Assembly (NCBI RefSeq): GCF_963921235.1
Contig: NC_086109.1
Coordinates: 19,098,001 to 19,162,000, forward strand
DNA from: Mobula hypostoma
Lineage: Eukaryota
Direction of reading: 5' to 3'
Length of the DNA stretch: 64,000 bases
Positions 11,711 to 24,919 of the stretch are shown here, one piece after another. The number at the start of each line of letters is the position of its first letter. Positions within the stretch are counted from its first letter, which is position 1. The notes below the pieces were generated by a model. The model had not been told where the DNA came from. It saw only the letters and a list, made by a program, of their open reading frames with translations, and ran no database searches. Position numbers and translations under genes: made by a program.

Positions 11711-12054
11711 ATTATATTGTTGGAAAATGTAGTTACAAATCTGCATCCATTATTTTTTTTTGTGCTCCCTCTTGACTTTCAGCCTTTGTGATCCTTGACA
11801 CATTTCTTACAGTGATCCATAAAACAGTAGTTCTGTTACAGGCACAACATACACAGTGTTTATGTCACAGCACGTTGGAGTTCGCTGGGCTTTCGAGGCC
11901 AGGCACTTTTCAGCTGAACTATTCCTACTTCTACTTCCTCCCTTTCCTCACAGCTCCCCTTTTGTCATTCATGAATTTTTCTGCCATATCTTCCACGCAC
12001 AGCAAACTGGGCAATCGTTACATAATTTTTATGTGTGTTGCTTGCCAATCAACT

Positions 12055-12252
12055 GTCCAGCTCTTGTCTCCATCCCTCTCCCTCCTGCCTTCTCCTATCA
12101 TTTTGGATCTCCTCCTCCCCCTCCCACTTTCAAATCTCTTAATGGCTCTTCTTTCAGTTAGTCCTGACGAAGGGTCTCAGCCCGAAACATCGACTGTACC
12201 TCTTCCTAGAGATGCTGCCTGGCCTGCTGCGTTCACCAGCAACTTTTATGTG
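12055..12252 (+). mobile_element. Penelope-like element 3' end
   Basis: Pyrimidine-rich end followed by a hammerhead and tacctcttcctagagatgctgcctggcctgctgcgttcaccagcaacttttatgtg, near-identical to the arms at 52100-52258. Confidence 0.8.
12159..12196 (+). ncRNA. Minimal type I hammerhead ribozyme motif (Penelope-associated)
   Basis: UAGUC-CUGACGA-A-GGGU(CUCA)GCCC-GAAA-C-AUC-GACUG: both conserved core boxes, stem I and stem II present; AUC triplet. Confidence 0.75.
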
Positions 12253-12579
12253 AATCGTTACTCTCTCACAGTTCCTCCTAATGAGCATTAAAATATCTTG
12301 ATCTGTCTCTCCAGTCCAAATAGCTTCAACGTTTTCAACAGCATCTAACTCATCCACATAATCCTGTTCTGACTTAAGCTACCATAACATTGCAGACTTC
12401 ATCCTCCTTGCTTTTGGTCTCATTGCCAATACGAAAGAGCATGGTTCTGTAGAAAACTTCGATCTGTTTGCTTACCAAATTCAGTAGTTTATCTCTTATC
12501 CAAAGCCTGTACACACTGAGATAGCCCTTGTAAATGCTGCTCCTGTACATTTCCAATGTCCTCATCTGCTGTCTGGAAA

Positions 12580-12700
12580 TACCTATCTACCTACATATCT
12601 ATCAATTGACAGATAGATAGATAGATAGATAGACAGGCAGAGATAGAGATAGATATAGACAGATAGTGATAGATGAAGAGTTAGGCGCAGATACAGATAA
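12580..12700. repeat. (GATA)n / (TATC)n imperfect microsatellite
   Basis: agatagatagatagatagatagac... Confidence 0.85.
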
Positions 12701-12809
12701 TTTGGGAAACTTGTCTTTTTTCCTCTTGCCAATCACCAGTCCTCCTCTCTTTGGAAGCTGTTCTATCAAATCTCACTTTCTCAGAGGTTTCGTGTTCACT
12801 GTGTCAGAT

Positions 12810-13015
12810 GTATGCGGGTTCACATTCCACTCCGGAGATGAAGACACATGTCTAGGCTGAGTCCCAAATCCAATACTGGCAGAGGGCTGCACTGCTTTGC
12901 ACCAGGGTTCTGCTTACTCTTTCAGTGGATGTAATAAAATACCAAGGGTAATGCTTTGAGCAAAATAATTCTTTCTGTAGCTCTGGGGAATATCTATCTC
13001 TTCACTGTCATCACT
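12810..13015 (+). mobile_element. Ancient DeuSINE/SacSINE-like SINE remnant
   Basis: gcgggttcacattccactccggagatgaagacacatgtctaggctga...ctgcactg...tcagtggatgtaa resembles a tRNA-derived head plus Deu-domain SINE. Confidence 0.5.
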
Positions 13016-13021
13016 GAAATA

Positions 13022-13507
13022 CACTCCATGGCCACTTTAGGTACAGGAATGGAACCTGGTATGATCTTCTGCTGCTGTAGCCCATCCACTTTAAGGTTTG
13101 ACGCGTCGTGCACACCCCTGTTGTAATGTGTGCTTATTTGAGTTACTGCTGCCTTCCTGTCAGCCTGAACCAGTCTGGCCATTCTCCCCTCACCTCTCTA
13201 ATTAACAAGGCATTTTCATCCACAGAATTGCCACTCACTGGATGTTTTTCACAACATTCACTGTAAATGCTAGAGACTGTTGTATGTAAGAATCCCAGGA
13301 GATCAGCAGTTTCTGAGGTACTCAAACCACCCTGTCTGGCACCAACAATCACTACACGGTCAAAGTCACCTATATCACATTTCTTCCCCACTCTGATGTT
13401 TGGTCTGAACAACAACTGATCCTCTTGACCATGTCTGCATGCTCTTATGCATTGATTCGATACTTGCATTAGCAAGCAGGTGTACTTAATAAAATGGCCA
13501 TTTAGTG
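13022..13507 (-). mobile_element. Tc1-derived non-autonomous DNA transposon
   Basis: Imperfect TIRs cactccatggccacttta / taaaatggccatttagtg, each flanked by TA; transposase HTH remnant KCDIGDFDRVVIVGARQGGLSTSETADLLGFLHTTVS. Confidence 0.85.
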
Positions 13508-13669
13508 TATATTATATGGCATCTTTTGATTATGAACAAGTTCCATTTTTTACAGATGTTGTTAAGCTGATTTTGTCCAAGTCAGAAAATGCTCAATAGG
13601 GTAACCACAACTCCACAGTACTAAGATGATAGGCATCAAAATCACATAAGACTGAGAAGTAAAAGAACT

Positions 13670-13885
13670 TACGAGAGAAAATCTGCGGATGCTGGAAATC
13701 CGAACAACACACACAAAATGCTGGAGGAACTCAGTGGGCTGGGCAGCACCTATGGAAAAAAGTACAGTCGACATTTTGGGCTGAAACCCTTCGGCAGGAC
13801 AGGAGAAAAAATGCTGAGGAGTAGATTTGAAAGGCTGGAAGGAGGGGAGAGAGAAACACCAGGGGATAGGTGAAACTTGCAGGGG
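13670..13885 (-). mobile_element. Penelope-like element 3' end with decayed hammerhead
   Basis: cagtcgacattttgggctgaaacccttcggcaggac is the reverse complement of a mutated hammerhead. Confidence 0.75.
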
Positions 13886-14037
13886 GATACTCTTCTGCGT
13901 CTGCAGAATCTGTTGTGTTTACTATACCTGGCAATCTTGTTGAAAAGTAAGGGTGAAAGTAACAGAGTCCTTTATTCTGCAGGGAGAGGAAATGGGCATG
14001 CACAGAATAATTACTTGGTGAATGATTGAATGAGAGA

Positions 14038-14777
14038 GTCATAGTCATAGTCATACTTTATTGATCTTGGGGGAAATTGGTTTTCGTTACAGTTGCACCA
14101 TAAATAATAAATAGTAATAGAACCATAAATAGTTAAATAGTAATATGTAAATTATGCCAGTAAATTATGAAATAAGTCCAGGACCAGCCTATCGGCTCAA
14201 GGTGTCTGACCCTCCAAGGGAGGAGTTGTAAAGTTTGATGGCCACAGGCAGGAATGACTTCCTATGATGCTCTGTGTTGCATCTCAGTGGAATGAGTCTC
14301 TGGCTGAATGTACTCCTGTGCCCACCCAGTACATTATGTAGTGGATGAGAGACATTGACCAAGATGCCATGCAACTTAGACAGCACCCTCTTTTCAGACA
14401 CCACCGTGAGAGAGTCCAGTTCCATCCCTACAACATCACTGGCCTTACGAATGAGTTCGTTGATTCTGTTGGTGTCTGCTACCCTCAGCCTGCTGACCCA
14501 GCACATAACAGCAAACATGATAGCACTGGCCACCACAGACTCGTAGAACATCCTCAGCATCATCCGGCAGATGTTAAAGGACCTCAGTCTCCTCAGGAAA
14601 TAGAGACGGCTCTGACCCTTCTTGTAGACAGCCTCAGTGTTCTTTGACCAGTCCAGTTTATTGTCAATTCGTATCCCCAGGTATTTGTAATCCTCCACCA
14701 CGTCCACACTGACCCCCTGGATGGAAACAGGGGTCACCGGTACCTTAGCTCTCCTCAGGTCTACCACCAGCTCCTTA
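14038..14777 (-). mobile_element. Young 5'-truncated Rex1/Babar LINE
   Basis: Uninterrupted ORF KELVVDLRR...YKYLGIRIDNKLDW...KKGQSRLYFLRRLRSF...SFLPVAIKLYN; (CTATGA)n tail; ~6-bp TSD gagaga at 14032 and 14778. Confidence 0.9.
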
Positions 14778-15444
14778 GAGAGATAGAATAGTTCAAACCT
14801 AGCCATTCTGCACTACATATACAGTTTGTATAGCCCAGGAACTTTATTCCCTTATTCGGTAGAGGGGGAGAAAGACTCTTAAAATTAGTTTCAAAATACC
14901 TTCTCTACTCCAATTAAGTGAACCTTACACCTTCCAGTGTGCCATTATAATTCGATCTCTGCACACAAATTACCCTGACAAGCATTGTCAAAGTCCCACT
15001 GTCCATGAGCAAAAGCAGCTGTGAGCTGAGATGACATGTTTTCCTTAAAATGCCTATAGCACAATGCCATACAGTCACTGACATCTCCTTTCTTAAGGAC
15101 AGAGTAGATGTATGGCCAGTCATTGACATCTGCGGACAACCTGTTGATATCTGTTCAGCACTGACGTTTGAACAGCTGGCTATATTAAACAAAGTTTGTT
15201 AGTAAGTAAAAAATACGCTCCAAAATGGATCCCCCAAATCCAGAGTGCAAAGGGAAATAACAAGTCAACGGAGAAGCAAATGCACAAAATTAAATCCAGC
15301 TCCCATTTTCTTTTATTCCATGTTAATTCCCATTGTTTTTTATTATTTCCTGAGGAGGTAAGAAATAGTTCTGTTGGTGCAGGTGGGATGTTGTAATGAA
15401 ATGTTTAATGTTCATCTGTAAACCAAGACAGATATTGCTAAATA

Positions 15445-16040
15445 CCTCTGGTCCCTCTCTGCTCCACCCGCCAACAGCAGAACTCCCCGGTGGCCAAACA
15501 GTTCAATTCCAATTCCCATCCCATCCCATTCCAACATGTAGGTCTGTGGCCTCCTCTTGTGCCAAGATGAGGCCACCCTCAGGGTGGAGGAGCAACACCT
15601 GATATTCTGTCAGTGTAGCCTTCATCCTGATGGTACTAATATCAATTTCTCCTTCTGGTAAAAATATTTTTTTCCTCCCCCTTCCCTTTTCTTCTATTCT
15701 CTTCTCTGACCTTTTGCATATCACTTCCCTCTGTTTCCCAGGCTTCTTCCTTTTCTCGTATGGTCCACCCTCCTCTCCTATCAGATTCCTTCTTCTCCAG
15801 CAATTTATCTTTCCCACCCACCTGGCTTCGCCTATTACCTTCCAGCTAGCTTCCACCCTTCCACCCACCTTTTTATTCTGGCATCTTCCCCCTTCCTTCT
15901 CAGTCCTGAAGAAGGGTCTCGGCCCGAAAAGTTGACTGTTTATTCACTTCTGTAGATGGTGCCTGAGCAGCTGAGTTCCTCCAGCATTTTGTGTGCGTTG
16001 CTTTGGATTCCTGGCATCCGTAGAATTTCTTGCATTTATG
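15445..16040 (+). mobile_element. Penelope-like element: GIY-YIG C-terminal remnant and 3' UTR
   Basis: Matches the reverse complement of 33545-34100 (gaggccaccctcagggtggaggagcaacacctgatattc); ends with a hammerhead and the conserved terminus. Confidence 0.85.
15901..15938 (+). ncRNA. Minimal type I hammerhead ribozyme motif
   Basis: CAGUC-CUGAAGA-A-GGGU(CUCG)GCCC-GAAA-A-GUU-GACUG; perfect 5-bp stem I, mutated stem III. Confidence 0.65.
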
Positions 16041-19000
16041 TCTTGCTAAGTGTTATTGAGAGCAAAGGCCTCATTGTCAATATCACTTAGTCAGCCTGAG
16101 GATTCTCAGATTCCCTCATATAAATTGACATCCACTTCCCTCTTCAGCTGTCCTCTCATAAACTGGAATAAGAAAAAGAAGGGAGGTTTATTTCCTTTAA
16201 TAAAGAGAGAAAATGCTGGAAAAGAGTATCAGCATATCAGGTAGCATCTGTGTAAAGAGAAACCGTCAGCATTTCCGGCTCTTCCTTCCTTAGGACAACG
16301 ATGAAAAGTCCAAAAAATGAGCTGCTAGAGGAACTCAGTGGGTCAGGCAGCATCTGTGGATAGAAATAATCTAATTTTTGGGTTGAGATTTCGAAGATCT
16401 TTGATGTAAAATATTAAGTATTTTTTTCTATCTTCGGATGTTGCCTGACTTGCTGAGTTCTGTCAGCATCTTTTTCAGTTTTAACTGCAGACTTCCAGCA
16501 ATTGCAGTTTTTATTTAGATTTTAAGTGAGCACTAGTCTTCTGTCGAGCTTGCGAAGGCATTTCAGTGTAGATCTGATTAAAGTCACAAGTATACTGTGC
16601 AAACTCTCCAAGTGCTGAAACTTTCTATCCATTATTTGATTTTATAAGCAGAGTTTGCTTTTCCCAATTGATGCTTAATCTTCAATTTTGGAATGCAGCT
16701 TACAAAAGCAACACTTATTGTCTGTTAGCTGCTGTACTAAATGGCTGTTGTCTGTGTAGCAATTTAACTTGCAAACTTTAAGTAGTCAGAAGATCCAGAA
16801 TTTGAACACAGGTATGATGAAGGAATAGTTCTTCATGTCCAGGCTATGAAGATGTGTGACTTGGATGAGTTCTTGGAAGTCAGTGTGTTCTTGCACCCAT
16901 TGTCCTTGTTTCTAGGGCCAGGGGTACCCATCCTTTTTTTATGCCATGTAACCCCATTAATAAAGGAGCCCTTGGACCCCAGGTTGGGAAACCTTGCAGG
17001 CAATGAAAATCTTTTGCTAGGATGGTGCTATTGACAAAGCCTTTGAGAGTTGCTGCTGAACTTGTAGATGGAACAGTTTCCACAAGAGTAGTAGCGGGAG
17101 TGTGTCCATGTCCTCGACAATTACAAAGTCAAGTTATCAACAGGTAGCGATTTACTTCTTGCTGCGTGTGTGTTGTGGCAGATCAAAGGCTGCATATGAT
17201 AAATTTGAAAAAAAGTTTGAAGGGCATCATTAATTTGCCTGTCTTGCCATGTACAGGACTAAGATAATGACACAATGCAGAGGCTTTTTGTCAAAATGAA
17301 AGCAGCTATGAATATCTTTTATCCCATCAAAAAGCCAGTGTTAGATGTCTAAGACAAGCCAGGCAAATAACTGTCAGTAGTTGATATGGACACCGCAGAT
17401 GTAAGATGCATCTATAGGTTCCTGAAATCTTTGGTCTTCTCATTTGAGCATAAGATTATTCATTCCTGTTAAAAAAAACCATGAAGCACAATGTAAATAA
17501 CAAATACATTTCACCGGAGGAACTCAAGCAGGTCAGGCAACATCTGTGGAAAGGAGTAAACAGTCACCATTCCAGGGCGAGACCCTTCATCAGGTGAAGG
17601 GTCTCGGCCCAGGTTCTTCCAGCATTTTGTGTGCGTTGCTCTGGATTGCCAGCATCCACAAAATCGCTTGTTTTATAATACATTTCACTTCCAATTTCTC
17701 TTTGTCTGTCTACATAGACTGCTGGTTGGTCCCCGTTCTCCACATTTGTACATTTATGATATATTTTATTACTCCATATTAGTATTATTCTTGTCAATAC
17801 TCAGATATTCTCTGAGAGCACACACGTCATTATTCCCAGGATAGATTGTACTCTTTTAAAATATCTTTCCAATGTAAGTTCCCAGATGTCCTTCAGTTAA
17901 TGTCAGCAAAATTGCAGTCTTTTACTTCAGCTCTTGGCAACATCGCATATTGCACTACCAACTTTTGTTAAGCTCTCCATTCCACTTGTAGCTGCACAGT
18001 TCAGCCATGCCTTCTTTGGTACATTATGATGTGTCATTTGATCTATGTCCTCAGTCCAGACCATCTCTGCTGGCTGCCAATAGCCCCTATTCTAACCCTC
18101 CTTTTCAAAACCCTCACAACTTCACTCCACTCTCTTCAGTGATCTTCTCTGGCCCATACGTTCTACTTCTTGCTTTGTACTACTGTCGACTTTTGAACTG
18201 TCATTTTTCCAACGTATTCTGTCACTTTAAGGCTGATTTTGGAACATTTCTGAAAGAGCAATAATCAGACTATACCTTTTCATCACAATATATTTATCAA
18301 TTTATCAATGGGCTCTAAAGCAGACCTTCACTGTGTGCTTTCAATCCTTTTCACTAGAAAGGACGTAAAGTATCTTTGAAGGGGATAAGATAGGACCAGT
18401 CATTCCTCTCCCAAATTTCTATTTTCAGTAAGTTGATCTTTACTTTAATTCTCTCTTCTTGCTTTGTTTCAGCAGGCATTTGGGAAAGAAGATTGCAGAT
18501 TTCCACTAATACATATGATAAACATTAACAAACCAACCTTTAAATGTTTAATTGTTGTGATTCCTTGCTTGGACTGGTCTAAGGAGAGTAAATGGCATGT
18601 ATTTATCTCTTCTGTCAATCCCTTTCATTAAGCATGCATCCATCAGATCATCTTCTAAATACAAGTGGTGGCAATAATGAATAGAAGCCTTAATAATGAA
18701 TTGGGTAGCACCTGTCTTTATGTACAATTCATGTAAATATTAATCATAGCAGGGTGCAGATTGCATTATTGCCTGGTGAGATTATGGCCATTGTGCAATT
18801 GAGCCAAAACACTTGGGTCATTCAAGAGAGCATGCCTGATATTTCCCCAGCACTAGATGTGCACTTAATGATGTCACTATTCATGCAGCACCCACCTTCT
18901 CCCTTATCAACACCAATGTGTGCTTAGAAGAGTGAGATCTACACCCTTTGTTAACCAGTCACAGTGATACTAAATGCACAATGGCCTATTTTGAACTTAC

Positions 19001-19759
19001 TTTGAATGTTGTTGGTTCAGTCATTGTTCTGATCTTCCGATAACATCAGAAGACTTAACAGGGTAGGATCACAAGTTACTGCAGACCACTCAGACACCTT
19101 TCCAAGTCCAGAGGTTGTGCTAACAGTTAACAGTATGCTTCCTCCAACATCCAGCTGCTAAAGAACTCTAATCTTAATTGTCATGTCACTGGTAGCAGTG
19201 TGTTAGCAAATTTTCAGGCAGGAAATGAGCAGGAAAGCTGCAATGCCAGCAGCTGCCACACCGAGGACGTTGATCTTGGCAAAATCCAGCATGTCATTTA
19301 CCAATAAAGATTCATTTGAACGGAGCTAATGTATTCTGAATAAAAAGGTGGGGAGAGGCGAAGGAGACTACCTGGAAGGTGACAAGTGAAGCCAGGTGTG
19401 TGAGAAAGGCAAAGGACTAGAGAGGAAGGAATTTGATAGGAAAGGAGAGTGGACCATTTTCAGTCTTCCTTTTCAGACTTGAAGAAAGATCTCGGCCCAA
19501 AACATCAACTGCTTATTCACTTCCACCCAGAGGAATGCCATGCAGCGGGAAATGAACCTGGGCCACTGGTACTGTAAAGCGTTGTGCTAACCACTACGTC
19601 ACCATGCTGCTCCAGAGGCAGTGGGTGATCAGTTGCTGAGTACAGTCAAGAACGAGCTTGATTGGTGTTTTGTTGCTGAGAGAGTCATGGGGAAATAGGT
19701 CAATGTGGGAAAGTGGCAAACAGGTGAAATATCAGCCACAATCTTCGAAAATTGTTGGT

Positions 19760-20568
19760 GGAGGCAGAGTTAAGATGGCACTAAATGGAGCCTCCTTTGC
19801 TTGCATCTTCGGAAACAGCTCTATTTCTATCTTTAATATCTTTATTTTTCCCTTTCAGGGTTCTTTTGAATACCCTGACCGGGAGTTACACGTAGGCTTC
19901 GGTTCTTTGTGGGATTGAAACCCGTTGGCTTGGCCTGAGAGGCGGGCTAGTGTTTGGAAGCCTAAGAGCTGGAGACGGGTGGATCGAGGGTCAGTGTCAC
20001 GGCAGGAGACTCGTGTGTCGTCGGGGGAGGGGGGCTGGAAAATTTTTTTGCAATCTTCGGGCACAAAGCTCGTAAAAAGCGACAAAATGGACTTTTTAAC
20101 ACTGTAAACCAGCGGGCTGTTTGTTATGTCTTCCGCTCGCTGTGAAAGTGGGGGACACCTCCCTCTCCCTTATTAAGGAAAGAGAGAACCTGTGGGTTGC
20201 TGAATGACATGCGATAGTCTTTGGGGTAACTGCAAGGTCTTGGTCTTTGCTATCGCTTAGCCCAGGCTTGTGCTCAGCGGCGGGTGGGCTTTTTTTGCCG
20301 GTGGGGGAAGAAAGGATTGTTGCTCACAGCCGCTTACGCGCAGGAGCGGGGGGAGCTGAGGTGGGACTTTGGGGTTCTCACGCTTAACTTTCATTCATTC
20401 TTTGGCGCACTTTTCTGTTTTTATGGATGTTTTGCGAAGAAAAAGCATTTCAAAAAAGGTTCAAAGGTTCAATTTAATGTCAGAGAAATGTATACAGTAT
20501 ACATCCTGAAATCCGCCTCATGATGTATATTATATGCGTTTCTCTGACATTAAATTAAACCTTTGAAA
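19760..20568 (+). mobile_element. Unclassified non-autonomous retroelement (AAGATGGC start, CpG-rich)
   Basis: Starts gaggcagagttaagatggca; CpG-rich relative to flanks; ends attaaattaaacctttgaa; contains a short inverted copy of its own tail at ~20458-20510. Confidence 0.55.
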
Positions 20569-21689
20569 TGGCAGACGCAAGGAGCTGAATGGCCCACTCT
20601 ACTTCTATTAAGTTAGTTTAGTTTATTGTTTAGTTCTTGGTAACTTTGTATGAAGTCATAATAAATATGACAATAGGAAAAGTAACGCAATCTGAGGTAC
20701 TGCGAAACAAAAGGGCGAAGTAACATAATGGGAGAGGTGGAACTAAAGGTTGAAGCACCACTGGGAAGGGGACCTGAAAGGTTTAATCATTTCATAAGTC
20801 TAAACGAAGTGGGAACGAACGTGTTCTTGACTCTGGTCATCCAGGCATTTCACCCCTACATCTTCTCACAGAAGTTTACAAAGGGAGAAGGGAATGGCCT
20901 GAGCAGCAACCATCCCTGACAGTAGAGAAGGCCTTCATTTGCAGCACACTGTGAGGGCCGACTGGCTGGGAGGGTGTGATGAAAGAAGGAAGGACTGGAA
21001 CCTTTTATGTCCTTGCTTTCTGAAGATGGCCAATACCTTTATTCTGCCTCTATATTTCCTCCCTTTCCATTCAAGCTCTCTTAAATTGCAGACGGCCTGT
21101 GCACTGCCATCCCCTGCGCTTTTCCAATGACCCTAAATTTCCCCGCTTCTACACTGCCCCTTGGTTGCGGGGCTACTGCAGGGCTAGTGCTTTGCATGTT
21201 GCCGCAGACCCCCCGTGAAGCGTGTCGGACGAAAATATCGACTGCTTAATCCCTCCATGGATTCTGCCTGGCTTGCTGAGTTCCTCCAGCATTTTGTGCG
21301 TGTTGCTGAAGATTTCAAGAATCTGCAGAATCTCTTGTGCTTAAGGTAGACATTGTTTCAATTCCAAGGAAAAGAATTCTAACTCTGTTACCAAGTGAGC
21401 CAGATAGAATGCAGAATAATTGCAAGACACGACTCTGATGTGCATGAATAATACATTGCCTTTGAAACCCAGATTTCTTGTGGTGGAGTGTAACACTTGT
21501 ATAGGATTGGAATGTAATGTGCTCTTCAAAGAAGCACTGTTTTAAAGTCAATATCTGATATGGATTGCAGAAAGATCTATTTTTTTGTTCTTGGATAGGA
21601 TACAAGGAATAAAACTTCGATGGGCAGTCTTGGCTGCAGCTTCAACTATTCCTGTCTTCTCTGCTTTCAATCTCCCTACTCTTCTCTCC

Positions 21690-23850
21690 CCTGCTTTTGC
21701 TGTTGTCTTCTTCCTGCTTCCCCTTTCTCACATTGGCTCTGCCTCAGCCTCTTCCACTCTATTTCCTTTCATCCTCACTCTCTACCTTTCACTCACCCTA
21801 CCTTTCCTCCCCTTTCCCCCTTTTCCCAGCTCCCTTCTTCGCCTTCCATCTCACTCCCCCTCCCCTACCCCCCTCCCTCCTTACCTCCCTCACTCCGCTC
21901 TCTCACCCTCCCACCCCCTTTCTTCCCTCCCTACCACACCCACTCACCCTCTCTTCCTACCTCCTCTCGCACCCTTCCCACCCTCTCTCTCCCTACATCC
22001 TCTCCCTCCCTCATCTTCCTCTATCCCTCCTCCCCTTTCTCCCTACCTCATCTTCTCCCTCCCCTCTTCCTCCTTTCTCCCTACCTCCTTCTCCTTTTTC
22101 TCTCATCCTCACTCTCCTTCCTTCTCTCTGTACCTCACCCTCTCCCTCTCCTCTGACCTCTTTTTCTACCCTCTCCCCCCTCTCTTCCTTCTCTCCCTTT
22201 CCTAACCTTTCCCTCTCTTTTCTTATCCTCTCCCTCCCTTCTTTTCTTTCCCTCCCTCTGCCTCTCCTCTCTCCCTCCTCTCTCCATCCATTCTCTCCCT
22301 CCTTTCCCTCACTCCCTACCTCCCCCTCCACTTTCTCCCTCCCCCTCTCCTTCATTCTCCCTACCTCACCCTCTCCCTACCCTCTCTCTATCCATCTCCC
22401 TCCATCCCGCTTCCTTCCCTTTCTCCCTACCTCATCCTTTCCCTCCCTTTTCTCCCTTTCTCCCCTCCCTTCCTTCACTCTGTACCTCATTCACTCCCTC
22501 CCCTCTTCCTCTTGTCTCTCCCTCCCATCTCTCCCTCCCCTCTCTCCCTTCCTTCACTCCCTCATCTCTCCCTCAACTTTCCCTCCCCCTCCCTCCTCTC
22601 CCTGCCTCATTCTCCTCTTTCTCCGTCCATCCCTCTTTCTCTCATTACCTAACCCTCTATCTCCCCTCCCTTCTCTCCCTCCATCCCTCGCCCTCTCTCG
22701 CTCCCACACTCTCCTCTTTCTCACTATCCTTCGTTCTCTCCCTACCTCACCCTGTCCCTCATCTGTCCCTCCATCACTCTCCCTACCCACTCATCATCCA
22801 TTCCCATCCCTCACCTCTCTCCTTACCTTATCTTCACCTTCCCCTCTCTCCATCCTTTCTCCATCTCTCTCCCTACCTCCCTCTCCTCTTTTCCTATCCT
22901 CACTCTCCTTCCTTCTCTCTCTACCTCACCATCTCCCTCCCTCCCTTTCCCCTCTCTCTGTCCCTCCTGCTGCCTTCCTTCTCTCCCTTTCTCATCCTCT
23001 CCCTTCCTTCGTTCTCTCCTTTCTCCCTTCTCTCTCCACCCCTCGCTCCCTCCTCTCTCCAAACTCCCACTCCCTCCCCTCCCGCTTTCTCCACTCTCAT
23101 CTACTTCTTTCTCTTCCTTCTTCACCCTTTCCCTTCATTATCTGCCTACCTCATCCTCTTCCACCTTATTCTCTCCCTCCTCTCTCCCTGTGTACTTTCC
23201 CTCACTCCCTTCTCTCTCCCTCCTTTCTCCCTACCTCATTCTCCTCTTTCTCCCTCTTCCCTCCCCTTTCTTCTCTCACTACCCCACCCTTTCCCTCTCC
23301 TCTCTCCTTCCACCCCTCTCCCTCCATTCTCTATCCTACATCTCCCCTTTCTCTCTCCTTTTCCCCTCTTCCTCCATCCCTCCTCCCTTTTTTCCCTACC
23401 TCACCCTCTCCCTCCTATATCCCCTCTCTCCCTACCTCATTTTCTCCCTCCCCGCTCTCCCTCCTTTCTCCCTCTTCCTCCCTACCTCCCTCTTCTCTTT
23501 CTCCCTTTTCCTCTCCTTCTTTCTCTCCCTACTTCACCCTCTCTTGATCCATCTCCCTCCCTTGCCCTCCCTTCCTTTTCTCTCTACCTCATTGTCTCCC
23601 TCCACTCTCACTCGCCCCCTCCCCTCCTTCTCTCCTTAACTCACCCTGTCCCTCCGTCCGCCTTCTCTCCCTCCCCTCACTCCCTTCCTCCCACTCCCTT
23701 CACTCCCTGTCCCCTCCATCCCTATCCCTCCTTTCCCTGCCCTATCACCCTCCCCATCCCACCCTCTATCCCTCTCCTCCTCCTTCTCCCCTGATTTTTT
23801 TATTTCCTTTATCTCTCTATCCCCTCTCTACCTTTTGTTCCTCTTTAGTA
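21690..23850. repeat. ~2.1 kb cryptic polypyrimidine (C/T) low-complexity tract
   Basis: Almost entirely C/T on the + strand, with recurring ctccctacctca(c/t) units. Confidence 0.95.
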
Positions 23851-23916
23851 GCCCTTGTTTTGCTGAGCTTATAAGCTTTTTCATCTTCTCCTTTTAAGCT
23901 CTTATGCCAACCTACA

Positions 23917-24450
23917 CTACTGTGCAAAAGGCTTTAGATATATATGTATATAGCTCAGGTGCCTAAAACTTTTGCACAGTGCTGTATTTGTCAATATAGA
24001 ATGGAGAGCGAGTTTGTAAACCTGGCAGGAGAAGAAGTTGGGAAAGGTGAGGGTAGAGTGCCGTGGGAAAGATGTGGGACAGGTGACAGAGAAGGAGAGC
24101 TGAGAGCTGGGGGCACGTGTTAGCACAGGTGCAGACATATCCAACCCCAAGACGCCAGGCAAGGTCATTTGTTTCTGAAACATTGGTTTACTGATCATTA
24201 CAGAATGTCTCTCTGGTGCTTCCTACTCTCTCCCCTCTCCCTTCCCCTTTTCCAAACTATGATTTCCCTCTCCCTGCCCACTTTCCACTCTCAGTCCACA
24301 ACAGAGACCCATATCAGCACCTGGTTTACCATCTCTCACATGCGTTATAAAATTTGTTTTTTTGCAGCAGCAGCTCTACAGTCCAATACATAAAATTACT
24401 ACAGTTACCCTAGCTGTATATTTGTGCCTAAAACCTTTGCGGAGTAATGC
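23917..24450. mobile_element. Tc1/mariner-type MITE (tactgtgcaaaa TIR family)
   Basis: Ends tactgtgcaaaaggctttag / cctaaaacctttgcggagta; reverse-complement homologue of 30916-31705. Confidence 0.65.
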
Positions 24451-24919
24451 ATATTCCACTCTTGCAATCTTTGCAAATCCAAGCTCATTAACATATTCAA
24501 CGCTCTGTGTTGATTCTGCTCCTCTCTCTTTACCTCTTTGATCTTGTTGAGTAAAAGACATGAGCAGATCATTTGCCCTGTCTAGATATTCTGGTGTTTA
24601 CACACTGCAAAAGCTATCTCCTGAACAACTTCATCTGGCACGTCAACCTGTCACCTTCTTCCCAATCTCTACGCTACAAACCCTACATCCTCCTGCCCTT
24701 CTCTAAATTTCCCTTAAGTTGTAGTTGCTTTGTGCTAGAGATCCACATTGAAAGTACTTTATTTGTACAGAGCTTCTCCCAACTTCCAGAAGGTGCTACA
24801 CAAGATGTCATGTCAAAGGTTATTCCAGAAAACAAAACAAAATCCAATGGGCATGTTGGCATGGATAGGTGGTGGGCTTAGAGGAAGCCCACCAATGCAG
24901 GGCATAAATGTGTCGTTTT

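Noticed and set aside
12154..12565. Minus-strand ORFs with protein-like composition
   Set aside because: No recognisable homology or splice structure; one runs into a Penelope end.
21585..23639. Long ORFs (616, 206, 178 and 149 aa) rich in L/P/S/F, and antisense E/R/G ORFs
   Set aside because: By-product of a stop-poor pyrimidine tract; no domain signature.
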